Shown here: in pieces, positions 12,486 through 25,338 of the stretch
How positions within the stretch are numbered: position 1 is the stretch's first letter
How the letters are laid out: each line of letters begins with the position of its first letter
Assembly (NCBI GenBank): GCA_964187785.1
Contig: OZ076409.1
Location: forward strand, 59,274,001 to 59,338,000
Direction: 5' to 3'
Length of the DNA: 64,000 bases
Origin: Amphiscolops sp. MND2022
Lineage: Eukaryota
Program-made: the position numbers and the translations under genes
The notes under the pieces: model-generated
Database searches by the model: none
What the model was told of the DNA's origin: nothing
Seen by the model: the letters and a program-made list of their open reading frames with translations, nothing else

Positions 12486-12963
12486 TATCTCTTCTCTGTG
12501 TCACGGCTCGGGTAGACGAAAACGGGAGTTTAAAATGTGTAACTCTTTTGAGATTCGGGTTGTAAAGATGAATTAATGAAGTACACGAACAGTATATGAC
12601 AATGTTTTTACAACCTTGCTTTCATACAGTTTTTGTTCCGAATAATACATGTGAAAACAAAATGAGACATTATTGATGTGGATGTTTTTAAATTGTCAAT
12701 ATTTAATTAATTCTCGGCAACAAAGATTCCTTTTCTAAATCGATGTAAACGATGCTTTTGTTACAATTTGATCGCTTTGCACTAAATATTCGATGAGATT
12801 TAGTGTTTAAACATGAGATGCAATGTTTACAAATACGTCAATTAATTAAATAAATTGCGCCATGGTAGCTTATGAAGTAGTACATTTTTCGTGTACACAA
12901 ATCATTCCAATGTGCATGTATTATTGTGAAAGGTTTTCGATTGTTGACAAACAATTGTCAACA
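12486..12963 (-). repeat. 5' LTR of the BEL/Pao element (with one deletion and one foreign insertion)
   Basis: Homologous to 5374-5848. Lacks most of the tRNA-like block and has an insertion at about 12673-12818. Confidence 0.9.
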
Positions 12964-13671
12964 CTATGCGACTTTTTTCCTATGTTTTTATCGAAACCCC
13001 CTCGACTTTCACTAGAAATGAAACGTTTCGCCAGCGTAGAGGACTCCTTAGTGTTTTCGGTACTATGCGCCATTTTCCGAAAATGTTTTTTTTTGTTTCT
13101 AGTTGGGGGAAAAGGAATTTCCGAGTCTTATCGAGCATGAAAAGCAACTTTGGGTTTTTCATAAAAACGTCCTGCCTTAATTTAAAAACTTTGCGCTTTT
13201 TGAGCCTGAGGTATAGCGCCGACTTCAGACGTTCCCGTCTTGTTAAACCTTGATCTGGTGCCAACTTGGGGCGTTCCCGGCTTGTTTTTACTTTCGGCTA
13301 CATTTTATATAGCTTTAATCTCATCCAATATTTAGTGCAAAGCGATCAAATTGTAACAAAAGCATCGTTTACATCGATTTAGAAAAGGAATCTTTGTTGC
13401 CGAGAATTAATTAAATATTGACAATTTAAAAATATCCACATCAATGCTTCCAAGGTTAAAAGCAAAAACAAAATTATGGACGATCCTCCTTTTTATTCTG
13501 AGATTAAATCAATTTTAAGTAAGTACTTGCGGGCATGTGGTTTCATTATCTCCAATAGAACTCTAGGCGTCAACTAGTAATCATAGTATTTATCGAAAAT
13601 GAATAATATGCATAGGTTATGTTTCATCATATCACGCGACTTGCTGTCGCTCACTCACAAAACCTGGCTTT

Positions 13672-14144
13672 TCAGTCGACGCTTTTCTAGAGAAAAGAGT
13701 CGACTATAGTTATGGCTTTTCGTCAGTGTTTTTTTTCGATACACCTGAAGTGACCAAAATAGTTCTACCCCAAAAGTTCTACAAAATTTTAAGAAGACGT
13801 CAAATTGTACCCGTTGGCCCAAGGAACTGAACCAAAAAAAAGGTTTCCCGTGTAACATACAATACCGGACGAGACCAAAGGGTCCCCCTTTCAGTTTTTT
13901 GCATTTTTGCATTTTTTTCGGGATTTTTTTCTCAAAGGGTCCCCCTTCAATTTTTTTTGGAGTTTTGCGACAGTGGATGTTGAAAAATCCCAAAGGGCCC
14001 CCTCTTTCATTTTTTTCGGCATTGTGAGACTTTCAATTTTTTTCATAAAAAAGTCCCCGATTCACCAATACTGTGACATTTTGAAGTCCTTTTGCTATTT
14101 TTGGGTCTTAGATATGGCGCCGACTTGGGCCGGTCCGGGCTTGT
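13672..14144 (+). mobile_element. Non-autonomous Helentron-like family 1 copy
   Basis: Starts AGTCGACGC...GTCGACTATAG and ends GGCGCCGACTTGGGCCGGTCCGGGCTTGTT. Confidence 0.75.
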
Positions 14145-15339
14145 TCAACATGTAGTTGAGCAGCTCTCTAACTTCAGGTCGACCCACCCCTGTTACGTTG
14201 GGTTTTTGTACCGTGAAACGGAAATGAGTTTACCATTTCGACTCAGGGACATAAATTATTGCCATAAGCAAGTGTTTTACCGGAGTGGGGACGCTCTTTA
14301 CGGGTGGCAACTCACTATACTCACCTGCATAAGTGGCAAAAGTTCCCAGCTTGTTCTTGTGTTTGCAATTAGGTGCTATTTCAAACTTGTGTAGTACATG
14401 CAATCTTTTTCATGGCGATTGTCGCAACTTTTTGTAAAATGTTTCTGAAAGACAAGCCGTGGCTGCTAGTTGAAAATTATTTCAGTAATTCTAATAATAG
14501 TGTACGCTTTTCACTTGGATGACCTTCGCGTGCTGGTGTCTTTCGTTTTCAGTTGTTTCCGCTGCTTTGGCGATTTGGTCGCAATTTCTAATTGATTACT
14601 GAAATGTATTTCACAATATCGATTTTCTGTGTCGTTTTCGGGATGCTTTTCGTTTCATTGAAGTTATTTTTCTAGTGAGACCGATACGAATGAAAGGCAT
14701 TTCACTACTTTACGAGTGAACTACCCACCTGTTCCCAACCAATTTTCATCAACTGATGGATTAGATGAGGTTTTAAGTCGAAGAAAAAGATACGAAAGAA
14801 GAAGTTTTTCCATAGCCAAAAATGAATTGTTTCACCTCTCTGTTGAGACCCTTCATCGACGCAATGTTCTCCGATATATGTATGCCCATAGCTTATCTCG
14901 AGTGCTCACTTGCGATGTTTCTTGTAGCAGGTGCAAAACCCTGTCTAGTCTGTCCCTTTTCTCCCGTAACCATAAACGTCAAATTCCAATTCGCTCTTTT
15001 AATCAAAGCTTTTGATCTCGCGACTGCCATATACAGGTTTTGAAATGGAGGATTCCTGGGCTACCATGTTGTCATAAGCACTCACATAGGTTAGTCTCAA
15101 AGTTTTTTGACATGAGAAAATTGTGATACATTCCCTTTTTCTATGAAGCCAGTCGTATTACGCTCCACGAAAGAAAGTTTTTCTCCATGAAAAGTTCAAC
15201 TGTGTTGTTTTCGAAAGAAGACAGACACTTCTTGTATATTATTTTTTTCATCACTTTCATTTTGGGTATAATCATGTCTTGGACTTCGCAATAGACTCCT
15301 GAGTCCTCGGAAACTTTTAGACATGTTGTAGTTCAGTTT

Positions 15340-16400
15340 TTAGTCTCTTAAGAAAGGCGCCGACTAGAGTCACGGCTTTTCGTCAGTGTTTTTTTTCGAT
15401 ACACCTGAACTGTCCAAAATAGTCCTACAAAAATTCGTCAATTTTAGCAATGTTCCTTTGGCAATCTACATACTACCTTTGAACACTAAAGGAGTCCCCT
15501 TCGACAGTAGCACAGGCCATACCAGATTTAACCATTCGGAAATAACGAATTCCGGATATAATGTTTCTTGGAGAATTTTTCAATGCTACAAAAGGGTCCC
15601 CCTTTGGATTTTTAGGCGCAAAGCGGGTTTAACGAATGCTCGATATAACGTATACCGGATATAACGACACAACCCATACCGGATTTAACGCGAACCGGAT
15701 ATCAATTATACCGAATTTAACGTTTCTTGTTATTTCGACGAAGTGACAGATTCCATCAATTTATATCAATTTTGTTCAACTTGCAGACAACTTTCTTAGA
15801 ATATACATAACATCTAACACGTACGTAAAATCGGATAAAACGTTTTCAAAGTTCGGATATAACGTTTTCATTTCTCGTATAACGTTATCATTTTTTCCCC
15901 CAAAAGTTCACATAATTTGCGTCGAATGTAAAGCTTTAGGGTCAGGTTGTCAGTACTATAAGACTTTTTGGATTTTCGAAAAATCTTTATTTAAGAAGTG
16001 ATACTAAAACCACGTCCCCGGGGTAGACTTTTGTGCCTCGTTTCGGCTTTGTGAGACTTTTTTTCGGAAATTTTTTAATGTCTGCAAAGGGCCCCCCTTC
16101 AATTTTTTGATCTTTTGCTACAGAATGGATGTTGAAAAATCCGAAAGGGTCGCTCCTTTCAGTGTTTTTCCTCATTTCTGAGACTTTTTTGAAAAATGTT
16201 TAATGTCTTCAAAGGGTCCCTCTTCACTTTTTTTGATATTTCGCAACACAATAGATGTTAAAAAATCCGAAAGGGGCGCCAGTTCGGTCCAACTTTTGGG
16301 TTTTTTGGGTACTGTAGAAGAGAATACTTGACACTTTGAAGTCATTTTGCTCTTTTTGAGCCTTAAATATGGCGCCGACTTGGGCCGTTCCCGGCTTGTT
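15340..16400 (+). mobile_element. Helentron-like family 1 composite copy with a captured 'ccggatataacg' repeat block
   Basis: 5' part matches 13700-13780. 3' end is GGCGCCGACTTGGGCCGTTCCCGGCTTGTT. Internal 15755-16020 matches 28790-29000 and 29330-29560 in inverted orientation. Confidence 0.65.
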
Positions 16401-16835
16401 TTAGTTTCACGCGGATAAATTGTTTCGACGTTTGTCGGATTTCTCGGATGTTCAGCTCACACTTGGAAAACGTTAAACTCTCATACATTCAGGCAATGAT
16501 TCCTACTGTATGTTTCAATTCAAGTGTAAGCGAAGCATGGTTTTACTTCTGTTTATACTGAGTCGCTTATTTTTTCTCAGCCTAATTCTCAGTTTCTTCG
16601 AAATTTTGCAATGGTTCCTGAAATTAGGGACTGTATCATCTCTCCTCTGATTTTTCGGCCTTGCGACTATCATTTTTTCGGATAGAAGTCAGGGAATGAT
16701 ATTGGGTATTGTGACGTTTTACTATCAAGCAGGGCGCTGGCTTGGCCCGTTTCTTTTTTTTTATTGGAGAGCTCCGTTCGGAGACAATTGAAAGATATTC
16801 GAACCGTCAAAAAATCTATAAGTTTACATGGATTT

Positions 16836-17646
16836 TTAGGAGTCGGAAAAAATTTTCGACTACTTATGCAATCGTGTTGTTTTTTTTTCTCCCGACCTTT
16901 TCATGAAAATTTCAAATTTCTCAAAAACTGTCCATACGATTTTCACGAAATTTTGCACAGTCATTCTACACCCAAAGGGGTCCCTGCCTGTGCAAAGGCA
17001 TCAAAATCGTATGGCTGGGATGTGAGAAACATAGCCAAAATTAGCCCAAAAATGGCCAAAAAACAGCCATTTTTCGACTTTTTTCGATTTTCTCAAAAAC
17101 TGTCCATACGATTCGAACGAAATTTTCTACAGTTATTCTACACCATATTAGAGTCCTATATGTGCAATGGCATCAAAATCGTATGGCTGGGATGTGAGAA
17201 ACATAGCCAAAATTAGCCCAAAAATGGCTAAAAAACAGCCATTTTTCGACTTTTTTCGATTTTCTCGAAAACTGTCCATACGACTCGAACGAAATTTTCT
17301 ACAGATATTCTACACCATATTAGAGTCCTATATGTGCAATGGCATCAAAATCGTATGGCTGGGATGTGGGAAACATAGCCAAAATTAGCCCAAAAATGGC
17401 CAAAAAACAGCCATTTTTCGACTTTTTTCGATTTTCTCAAAAACTGTCCATACGATTCGAACGAAATTTTCTACAGATATTCTACCCCATATTAGAGTCC
17501 TATATGTGCAATGGCATCAAAATCGTATGGCTGGGATGTGAGAAACATAGCCAAAATTAGCCCAAAAATGGTCAAAAAAGGGCCATTTTTCGACTTCAGA
17601 AAAAAAGACCTCAGCCGACTCCTTTACCGCACATGCGGCTCTGGTT
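16836..17646 (+). mobile_element. Non-autonomous Helentron/DINE-1-like family 2 copy with a central 172-bp tandem array (~4 units)
   Basis: Sub-terminal inverted repeats AGGAGTCGG (16838) / CCGACTCCT (17615), 3' hairpin CCGC-acat-GCGG, TT flanks. Near-identical ORFs at 17167 and 17339 show the 172-bp period. Confidence 0.75.
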
Positions 17647-19567
17647 AATTTAGTTTCTCAGTGATTTTGTCGTTTAGTGAATTGTGGAAATTTCCTTGTG
17701 ATAACCCAAGGTTACCGCAATCGAGACTTCTTGGCTACAGGAGTCTTGCAGAAAACTCTTTCAATTTCATTTTCACGGTAAAAATTTCTTCCTTGGGTGC
17801 CTCTTCAGTTTTTATTTCCATTATTTTGTTCTTCAGCTTGGATTTATGGAACTTAATACGTACTTTTTACTTGAGGGTTTAAAATTGGAAATAAAAAAAT
17901 ATATTTTAAGAGCACCATTATGGAGGAAACATAAACGCGTGGTTCATTTTTCGGTTTTTACTGTAGTCATTTCTTTTTAGCTAGGATTGCGTTGCAATGT
18001 TTCGTCATGGAAATGTTTTTTTTCCAAGCGACCATTCAACTGAAAGTTTTAAATAACACTTGTATCATACCGAATCAACCACGAACTCTCTTCATTTTTA
18101 GAGGAAAAATTTGTTTCATGATTTAAAAAATACACGGAAAAGTAACTCACTGATTAGTCAAAGCAGCATACGTCGTTACTGTCGAAAAATCAGCGGAATA
18201 CCTTTTTAAAATTAAAATGTTGAAACTGACATACAAAAGAAAATTCAAGTATTTACGAGATTAATTGGAATAAGGGATGAAAAGTTTGGTTCTGCTGTTT
18301 CTCATTTCCAACTTTTAGCTGGAAATTTCTAGTCAATACTGATCCTCATCATAAAGAAAAGACGTAATAAACTATTTCAAAGTGTCACAACAAATTCCCA
18401 GAGAACAAAATACTATACAGCAGAGTTTTCACCGCTTATTAGTGAATTAGCGGCAGCGGAGATTTTTTTCCGCTATTTTATTGGCGATTCAAATTAGCGC
18501 CAACTAATAGACTGTTTACATTCAAAATTTCCTTGGAGTTTCAAATTGAATTTCGAAAAATTGCAACTTTTATTGTAAAACCCACACAGTATGAAAAATT
18601 CTAGTCTTTTTTCCCTGCAAAAATTGAATTAATTAATATATAATATAATAATATTAATATAATATATTCGTAATATTCTAAAAGTCTAAATTTTTGAGTA
18701 TGCATGCAGAATGTCTAAAAAGAAATCTACAATTGTTTATACAAAAAGTTCGTCAGAATGATTTGAACTTTAGCGAAAATCCGTTTTTTTTTGTTTTTGA
18801 AATGTTGATATACTTTTATGTAAACGTTTCGAGCAATATTGTAATTCAAGAATGAGTGGACCCGTTATCCAAAAGGCGTTTTTGAAAAGACATCTACAGT
18901 TTCTTATAAAAGATCCTCAAATGACGGCAAAGTTGTCGAAAAGTAAAAATCTACAATTTTTGACATTTTTGGCAACTTCACGCATTTTTAAAGAAAATTT
19001 GATTGTTTAGGTTACACACAATCTAACGAAAAAACAAATAGGTGTTTGGTGTCTTCTTGAAGTGTTTCCTTCTGAAATGGCATAACATTATTCAAAAAGT
19101 GTCAAACCTTTTTCCATCAAACCTCTAAGCGTTTTCATAGTGTAATGGCTACTCTTGAGTCTCAAAAATTTGTCATTGCTTGAACAGTTTGGACGGAAAA
19201 TATCCTGCTGGTCAGCGCGCGTCTTGTTTAATTTTATATTTAATTGTTTGAAGAAAAAGCGATTTTGAAATTAGCCGTTTGGCGATTAGCGAAAAAAGCT
19301 ATGTCAACCCCCCTCATGATATTGGGATAAGTACAAGCATTGTACTTATGCTTGTCTCTGGAATTATGGTTTTTCCGTCTTTTGATTTTCCGTACTGTTG
19401 AACTTTACAATTTTGGTTATAGTGAAAAATTACGTTCGATGATTAAGATTTTAACGTTAAGATTAACGTCGAATGTTTTGGGCCGATCTCAACTTCATAT
19501 CTGTAGAAATCCAGTGTTGCGATACATTTTCTGAGAATAAAATGCGTTCAGTGCTTACTTTTAATTT

Positions 19568-20177
19568 TTAGGAGTTGGAAAAAATTTTCGACTACTTATG
19601 CAATCGTGTCGTTTTTTTTTGTTTTTTTTCTCCCGACCTTTTCATGAAAATTTCAATATTCTCAAAAACTATCCATACGATTTTCATGAAATTTTGCACA
19701 GTCATTCTACACCCAAAGGGGCCCCTGTGTGCTCAAAGACATCAAAATCGTATGACTGCAATGTGAGAAACATAGCCTCAATTAGCCCAAAAATGGCCAA
19801 AGTTAGCCCAAAACCAGCCATTTTCCGACTTTTCGATTTTCTCAAAAACTGTCCATACGATTCGAACGAAATTTTCGACAGTCATTCTACACCATATTAG
19901 AGTCCTATATGTGCAATGGCATCAAAATCGTATGGCTGGAATGTGAGAAACATAGCCAAAATTTGCCCAAAAATGGCCAAAAAACTGTCATTTTTCAAAT
20001 TTTTTCTCGATTTTCTCAAAAACTGTCCATACGATTCGAACGAAAATTTCTACAGTCATTTTCTACACCATAGTATGGTCTATGTGTGCAATTTCAATAA
20101 ATTCGTATAACTGGGATTGGAGCGAGTCAGAAGGAAAGACTTAAGCCGACTCCTTTACCGCATATGCTGCTCTGGTT
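19568..20177 (+). mobile_element. Helentron/DINE-1-like family 2, second copy (~2.5 tandem units)
   Basis: Same termini (AGGAGTTGG...CCGACTCCTTTACCGCATATGCTGCTCTGGTT) and same internal unit as 16836-17646. Confidence 0.75.
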
Positions 20178-20712
20178 CAACTCAATTTATATTCGTTTAT
20201 ATCATTCAGTTAGGGTCCTTTTTTCAGCGAGTGTTTTCACTTTATTTGAAAAAAAGTTCTATCTCTCTCACAACTTAGTAGCGTCATAACGAAGAAGTCA
20301 CAACTATTATAAATCAGCATTACTTTTTGTGATATTGGTTCAAAGTTTTAAGGATGGTCGACTATACTTCTATCTTACATTGTGATTTTTTGCTTCTTCG
20401 TTTCCTCGAATTTATACTACGTGCTAAGATCCCGTGTACACGTGCATCCCGTGTACACGTGCATTAACCAGACAGCTGTTATTCAATCAATTTTTATGCG
20501 TTTTTATTGCTTCATGCGATGCTCGAAAGTGCGTCTTCATTATTCATAAGCTTAGATGCATTTGCGTGTTTCTATTTATCATCACAGTTTGAAACTGAAA
20601 AACGTGCGCTTTTAATTCCATTTCATTTTACACGCAAAGCTATCTGTCAAATTCAGTGCATGCTACAAATCTCTACAAATGAGAAAATAAATTTTGAAAA
20701 TATACACAAAAT

Positions 20713-23700
20713 ATGGCCCCTCACGGTGGTGAGCATTTCGAAAAGCGGAAGAAAAATTTGACCCGTGGAAAGGCGAGAGAAGCTTGGAGTCATTTGAGAG
20801 CGTGTGTAACCAGTAATGATGATGAGACATCTGAAACCTTGCTGAAAAGGTCCGAAGAAGAAAAATCGAAGAAGGCTGGAAAGGAAATTTCCCATGGCAT
20901 GCAGTTTGCGTACTCAGTTTCCGTGGGACAGAAGATAGTTGACGTTATTTACAATGAGATAAACGAGGAGTATATTGTTCTTGACGATACAGGAGGTATC
21001 AATGTGTACAAAACTTCGACTGGGGAAAATTTAGCGAGCCTGAAATTGGAAGAAATTTTGTCGAGACTTGTTTACATGGGTTCTCAGATGCGGTATGTTG
21101 GCCTTGTAGCCCATGAGCAAGATTTAGAAGAGGAGCCTTCGTCAACGCTTGTTCTCTATTCCCAAAACTTTGAGGTTCTGTCAAAATATCATGAATGTAT
21201 ATCTGTTCTGGATATAACCTACAACCCCTTCAAACGACAAATTCTCACTTCAGGTACCAGCAACATCAACGGGTGGTATCTGCATTACGAAGATACTCAT
21301 CTGATTCCTGAAGTTTCCGCAACGTCTGAAGAAATCACAGACGCGGATTTGTCTATGATCTCATTGGAACACAATGCTGGATACTCCCAGAAGGTCTACA
21401 CCATCTCCAAGACCAACTGCTATGTTTTTCTGGCTCATAGTCTGGAACTGAAGCAACGCAAGCGAAGTCTGCATGTTAGAGACATTTCTTGCGCTACTTA
21501 TTTCAACCCCACCAAAAGTTTGATGACTGGGTCAATTGATGGATCAATTAAAATGTGGGATGAAAACTGGTGTGTAAAGGTCGTTTTTGTGGGTCACAAT
21601 GATCCTGTTTCATCCGTTAGTGTGTACCCCAATGGTCCCTATGTTGTGTCATCGTCCACTGACTACACACTACGTGTTTGGAGCTTAGAGACATCGGATG
21701 AGTCGAACATTTTAGACGTCCATACCCCTGCTTGGACTATTGTGTCTAAATCTGGGTTGGATAACATTGCAGCAGTTCATGAAGATGAACTGTATGTCTA
21801 CACAGCCGAAGATCTATACGCCTTATGTACTTCAATCGGTGAACCAGTTCGAAAAATCAGACGTGCCAACAAGCACGAAGATGCCAGAAGGCTTGCATGT
21901 TCCTGTGAAGACGGAACAGTTCGAATAGTTTGCCCCGTTAGTGGGAATGTCATTACCACAGTTCTTTTGAATACCGAAAAACGAATCAAGGACTCGTTTT
22001 GCGTGTCAAGGCTCAGTCTTGTTTTCTGCCTCTTAGAAGGCAATGAAATGGTGAAGGCAAACATTTCGTCAAATCCAGCTGTGATAAGAGATAGATGGGA
22101 TTTGAAAAATGCTTTTGGAGGCCGCAAGTTGTCTTGTTTCTGCTTATATGAGCACATTGGAGCCAAAGAAATGATGCAAAACGAGGACCACACTAGTCAA
22201 AATCAATGGAAAGCTTTAGCCAGAGCGGCGCATACAGAGGAACTTGAAATTGCAACCCATAGTCTTAGGGTTGTGGAGAACCCGGTTTTACTTTTCGTAG
22301 GGCTAAATGATGGATCAATTGGTCTTCTCGATACTGATACCGGACAAATGACGTTCGAAATAGCCGGGCATGAAATGAGTAACATAACATGTCTCGTTGC
22401 TAACAACGAGTTTGATCAACTGGTATCTGCAGGAACCGACAAGGTTGTTAAACTCTGGAAAGTCCACCCTTTTGCAACCCTTGAACCCCTCGTTGCGCTT
22501 TTTCCATTCTTCTTCCCAGGTACCCCAACTCACGTGGCTTGCTTGAAAAACAAAATTTTCGTATCTTACCAAGACTCTACAATAGGTGTGTACGCATCAT
22601 CTGTTCAAACTCAGGAGAAAACCAGGTTCGAACATGCTAGAGGCGACGATCATTCGGACAAAATCATCGCAGTGGCGGCCAATGCAAAAATGAAGATTTT
22701 CGTCTCTGCGGGCGAAGACCAAACGTTGCGAGTTTGGAGCGATCATAGTCGCTTGATTCGAATTTTGAAGTTGAATGCACCGGTTTGGAGTTTGGAATTC
22801 GCTACTGACTCCGGTGACTTAGTTGTCGGCATCGGAGATCATCTGTACCGTATTGAAAACTTGAGATACTTTTCACGGTCACTGATGTACAGAGCGATGA
22901 CCATAGTTGCCGATCACGTAAAAGCCGAGCAATCTTTGTCGTATGATGAAAACAAGTTGAAGTCTTTAGATATGGGAGACGTGAAGAGACTAAAAGCAGC
23001 ACATTGTTCAGAGATGAAGTTTGTTCAATTTGAAGATCAATTACCGGAGAAGGAAGAAAGTGAGTTACAAGCTGAACTGAAATATGAAAAGTCCAAGTAT
23101 TTCGAGCTTGCTAAAAGAGATGCCGAGTTGGACTTACTCAGAAGTGGTCAATTTGAGAAACTTAGGAAGTCCAAGCGAGCCTATAACGAGAGAATCAAAC
23201 AATTGGCTTTCAAAAAGTACATTTCAATTTTCTTCCAAAATGTGAAAGTAGATTTGCCGAAACTGGAAGAGCACTTTGAGAAAGGTACCAATCCGTTAGA
23301 TAAATCCAAACTTGGATCCTTGTTGTACAAGGGCGACGGTAAAGCAAAATCTGGTGAAGAAATTCCCGAAGGATTTTTCCCCACTATTGACAATCCCCAG
23401 GAGTTGGGCAAAAAAGGAATCGGAGGGTTCTTACCAAATTCAGTTGCATTAAGGTTGCTTTACCCCGACGATGTGATAGAAAAGCATAAAGATCAGTTCA
23501 AACCAAGAGAGTTCACAGCTGAAGAGTTAGCTGAGATGGAGTATTATAACAAAATGAGGACGAAAGACATTCAAGCCGTAGAAGACGCCAATATTTTTGA
23601 GGAGGCTTTAGGCGGCGGAGATGAAGATCTACCCCCGACACCTCCAGCTGTTCAAGTTGAAACTAAATCTGGTCTCCTTGACAAACTCAAAGAAGCGGCG

Positions 23701-25017
23701 AGAACGCCTTCTCCGTCACCAGAACCAGAAAAAACTGAGGCCGAAATTGCAGCCGAAGAACGAGACGCAAGAGTAAAAGAGATTCAAGACAGTGTTGACA
23801 ACAAAGAATCGACAGAAAAAGATATCATTGCCCAAAAGAAGTCAAAACCCGTCCGCAAATTCGTCTCCCGACCTAAGCAAAAATCGCCGGAACCAATGAC
23901 TCCCCCGAAGCGAGTCGTGAAACCAGAAGAGCTGTTTGACAAACAGAAAACGCCACCTGCTCCTAGCGAACCTGACACTCCGAAACCCCCCACACCTTTG
24001 CCGGAATACATCACTAAAAACAAAGGTCAAGACTGGTATGATAAGTTCTTCCCCAATCTTAATGAGAGGACGTTTCCTAAGCCTTGGTACCCTGGTAATT
24101 TTGCCCAAATGGTTTTGAGGTATATCAAAATATGCGAGCTACCTTTCAAGGCTCCAATGGTTGAATACCTGAAAGACTTGCATCTAGAATGGGACCTTGC
24201 AGAAATGAAAGATGCTATCATCGAAGCTGTAATGTTCGTTCTGAAGAAATCTGACTCCCCTACCAGCGAGACTGTCTATGGACGAGCATTCTTCCACGCG
24301 TGCATGCAACTTTTTGTTGCTCTCGAAAAACACAGTTTCGAAATTGTTTGTCAAACCATGTCGATGTATCTAGAAAAAGACGCTGCCCTTAAACGCGTTG
24401 CCGTGGAGTCTTTCAAAAAGTTCGGTGTTATAGACCCAAAGCGTAGTTTTTATAAAGAAATGGATAGTTGGGAGTTACCTGTTGAGAATGACATCAACTT
24501 CAGGAAAGATTTGGTTGAATTGAGCTCTACCTGGCTTCAAGAATGGATCCAAAAGTTGACTGACCAAGTTGAATACGTCATTGATGAACTAAGATGTGGC
24601 AGCATGACCATGTCAGGCCCATACGCCAAAAAGTTCATCAAGCAGACCAAGATTACAACTGCTGACTTACATGAACCTACCAGGTCGGTAATTGCGGTTT
24701 TAGAGAGGTTTCCTGGCGATTGCTTAGACCAAGTAACTCCAGTGGAAGCCATCAACTACTACTGTGAGTGCCAGATTCTGGATTACCTGGACTCGGGACA
24801 GAAAAGGAGAGAAGAAGAGCTCCTGGACATGGCGAATCGGAAAACTGTTTTGGTGCTACCAAAAGTTCCTGTGGAAAAAAGTCTGGTTCGAGTCGGAGAA
24901 CTGCATACCAGCAAGTGTAGAAAAAAGCGGGAGCGAGGATTCCACCAGTTGACCAGACCGCAAAGGGGCGATGTTTTGACAGGATTCACCACCCATATAA
25001 ATTTGCCAATGAACAAG
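20713..25017 (+). CDS. WDR97: WD repeat-containing protein 97-like, exon 1 (4.3 kb)
   Basis: Uninterrupted ORF with many WD40 repeats ('GSIDGSIKMWD', 'GHNDPV...STDYTLRVWS', 'AGEDQTLRVWS'), a Pro/Glu/Lys-rich linker and a helical C-terminus. N-terminal 'LTRGKAREAWSHLR...SHGM' recalls vertebrate WDR97. Phase-0 donor AAG|GTTGGC at 25018. Confidence 0.8.
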
Positions 25018-25338
25018 GTTGGCAGGTTTTTGCACTCGCTCGAAACATTCCTTGGAAACATGTTTTCAAAGGAAATATTGAAAAACACTTTTATAACAAG
25101 CGTCTCTGATCGTTCTTACTGTTTTGGCGTTTTCTCGCTTTTGGTGATTTTGTTTTAGTTCGGCTTTCATTAACTTCAAGAAGCCTAAAATTTATATCAA
25201 ATTTTATTTGAAAAATTGAAATGTAAAAATTTTCAGGAAAAGCAATTGAATTAGCAGAAAACCGGGTGACTCTTTTTCAACCAAAGCAAGAGAACATTCA
25301 AGTTATTTGAACTACATTTTTTCTTATTACACTTTTAG

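Larger units (their letters stand above)
5374..12963 (-). mobile_element. BEL/Pao LTR retrotransposon, degenerate, with an internal gag deletion
   Basis: Two homologous LTRs, a PBS and a PPT. Minus-strand domain order: gag ('FDGNPLQW...KLTYLKTLVTGKA'), protease region, RT ('KVRRVLNGAS...LLTGPDL...SADIEAMFLQV', 'YMDD'), RNase H ('GKARVAP...KLELQAA...WTDS'), integrase ('IARRGTPSLIWSDNGTNFVG') and C-terminal 'PRGYYP.ARVE...GPDG..RSA'. Many frameshifts. Confidence 0.95.
4629..13286 (+). mobile_element. Helentron-like family 1 copy (or copies) split by the BEL/Pao insertion (4629-5373 and 12964-13286)
   Basis: 5' end TTAGTCGGCGC with a nearby inverted GCCGACT at 4629-4661. Family motif 'tcggca|ctatgcgact' is split across the LTR element. 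3' ends 'gcgccgacttcagacgttcccgtcttgtt' (~13244) and 'ggcgttcccggcttgtt' (13286). Confidence 0.55.

Noticed and set aside
14400..15300. Coding-like composition on the minus strand
   Set aside because: No motif recognised and many stops; cannot support an assignment.
16764..17560. Repeated 73-150 aa ORFs (MASKSYGWDV...) and a CRISPR-like periodic look
   Set aside because: These are translations of a 172-bp tandem unit. There are no unique spacers and no cas genes, and the DNA is eukaryotic.
18421..19312. Possible hAT-type MITE with TTAGCG sub-terminal motifs
   Set aside because: Terminal inverted repeats and TSD are too degenerate to support.
20999..25088. Many short ORFs overlapping the WDR97-like exon
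   Set aside because: Antisense or alternate-frame shadows with no recognisable motifs.
25018..25158. C-terminal hydrophobic tail of the 1481-aa ORF
   Set aside because: Read-through into the intron; an in-phase donor and a coding-like downstream exon give a better model.
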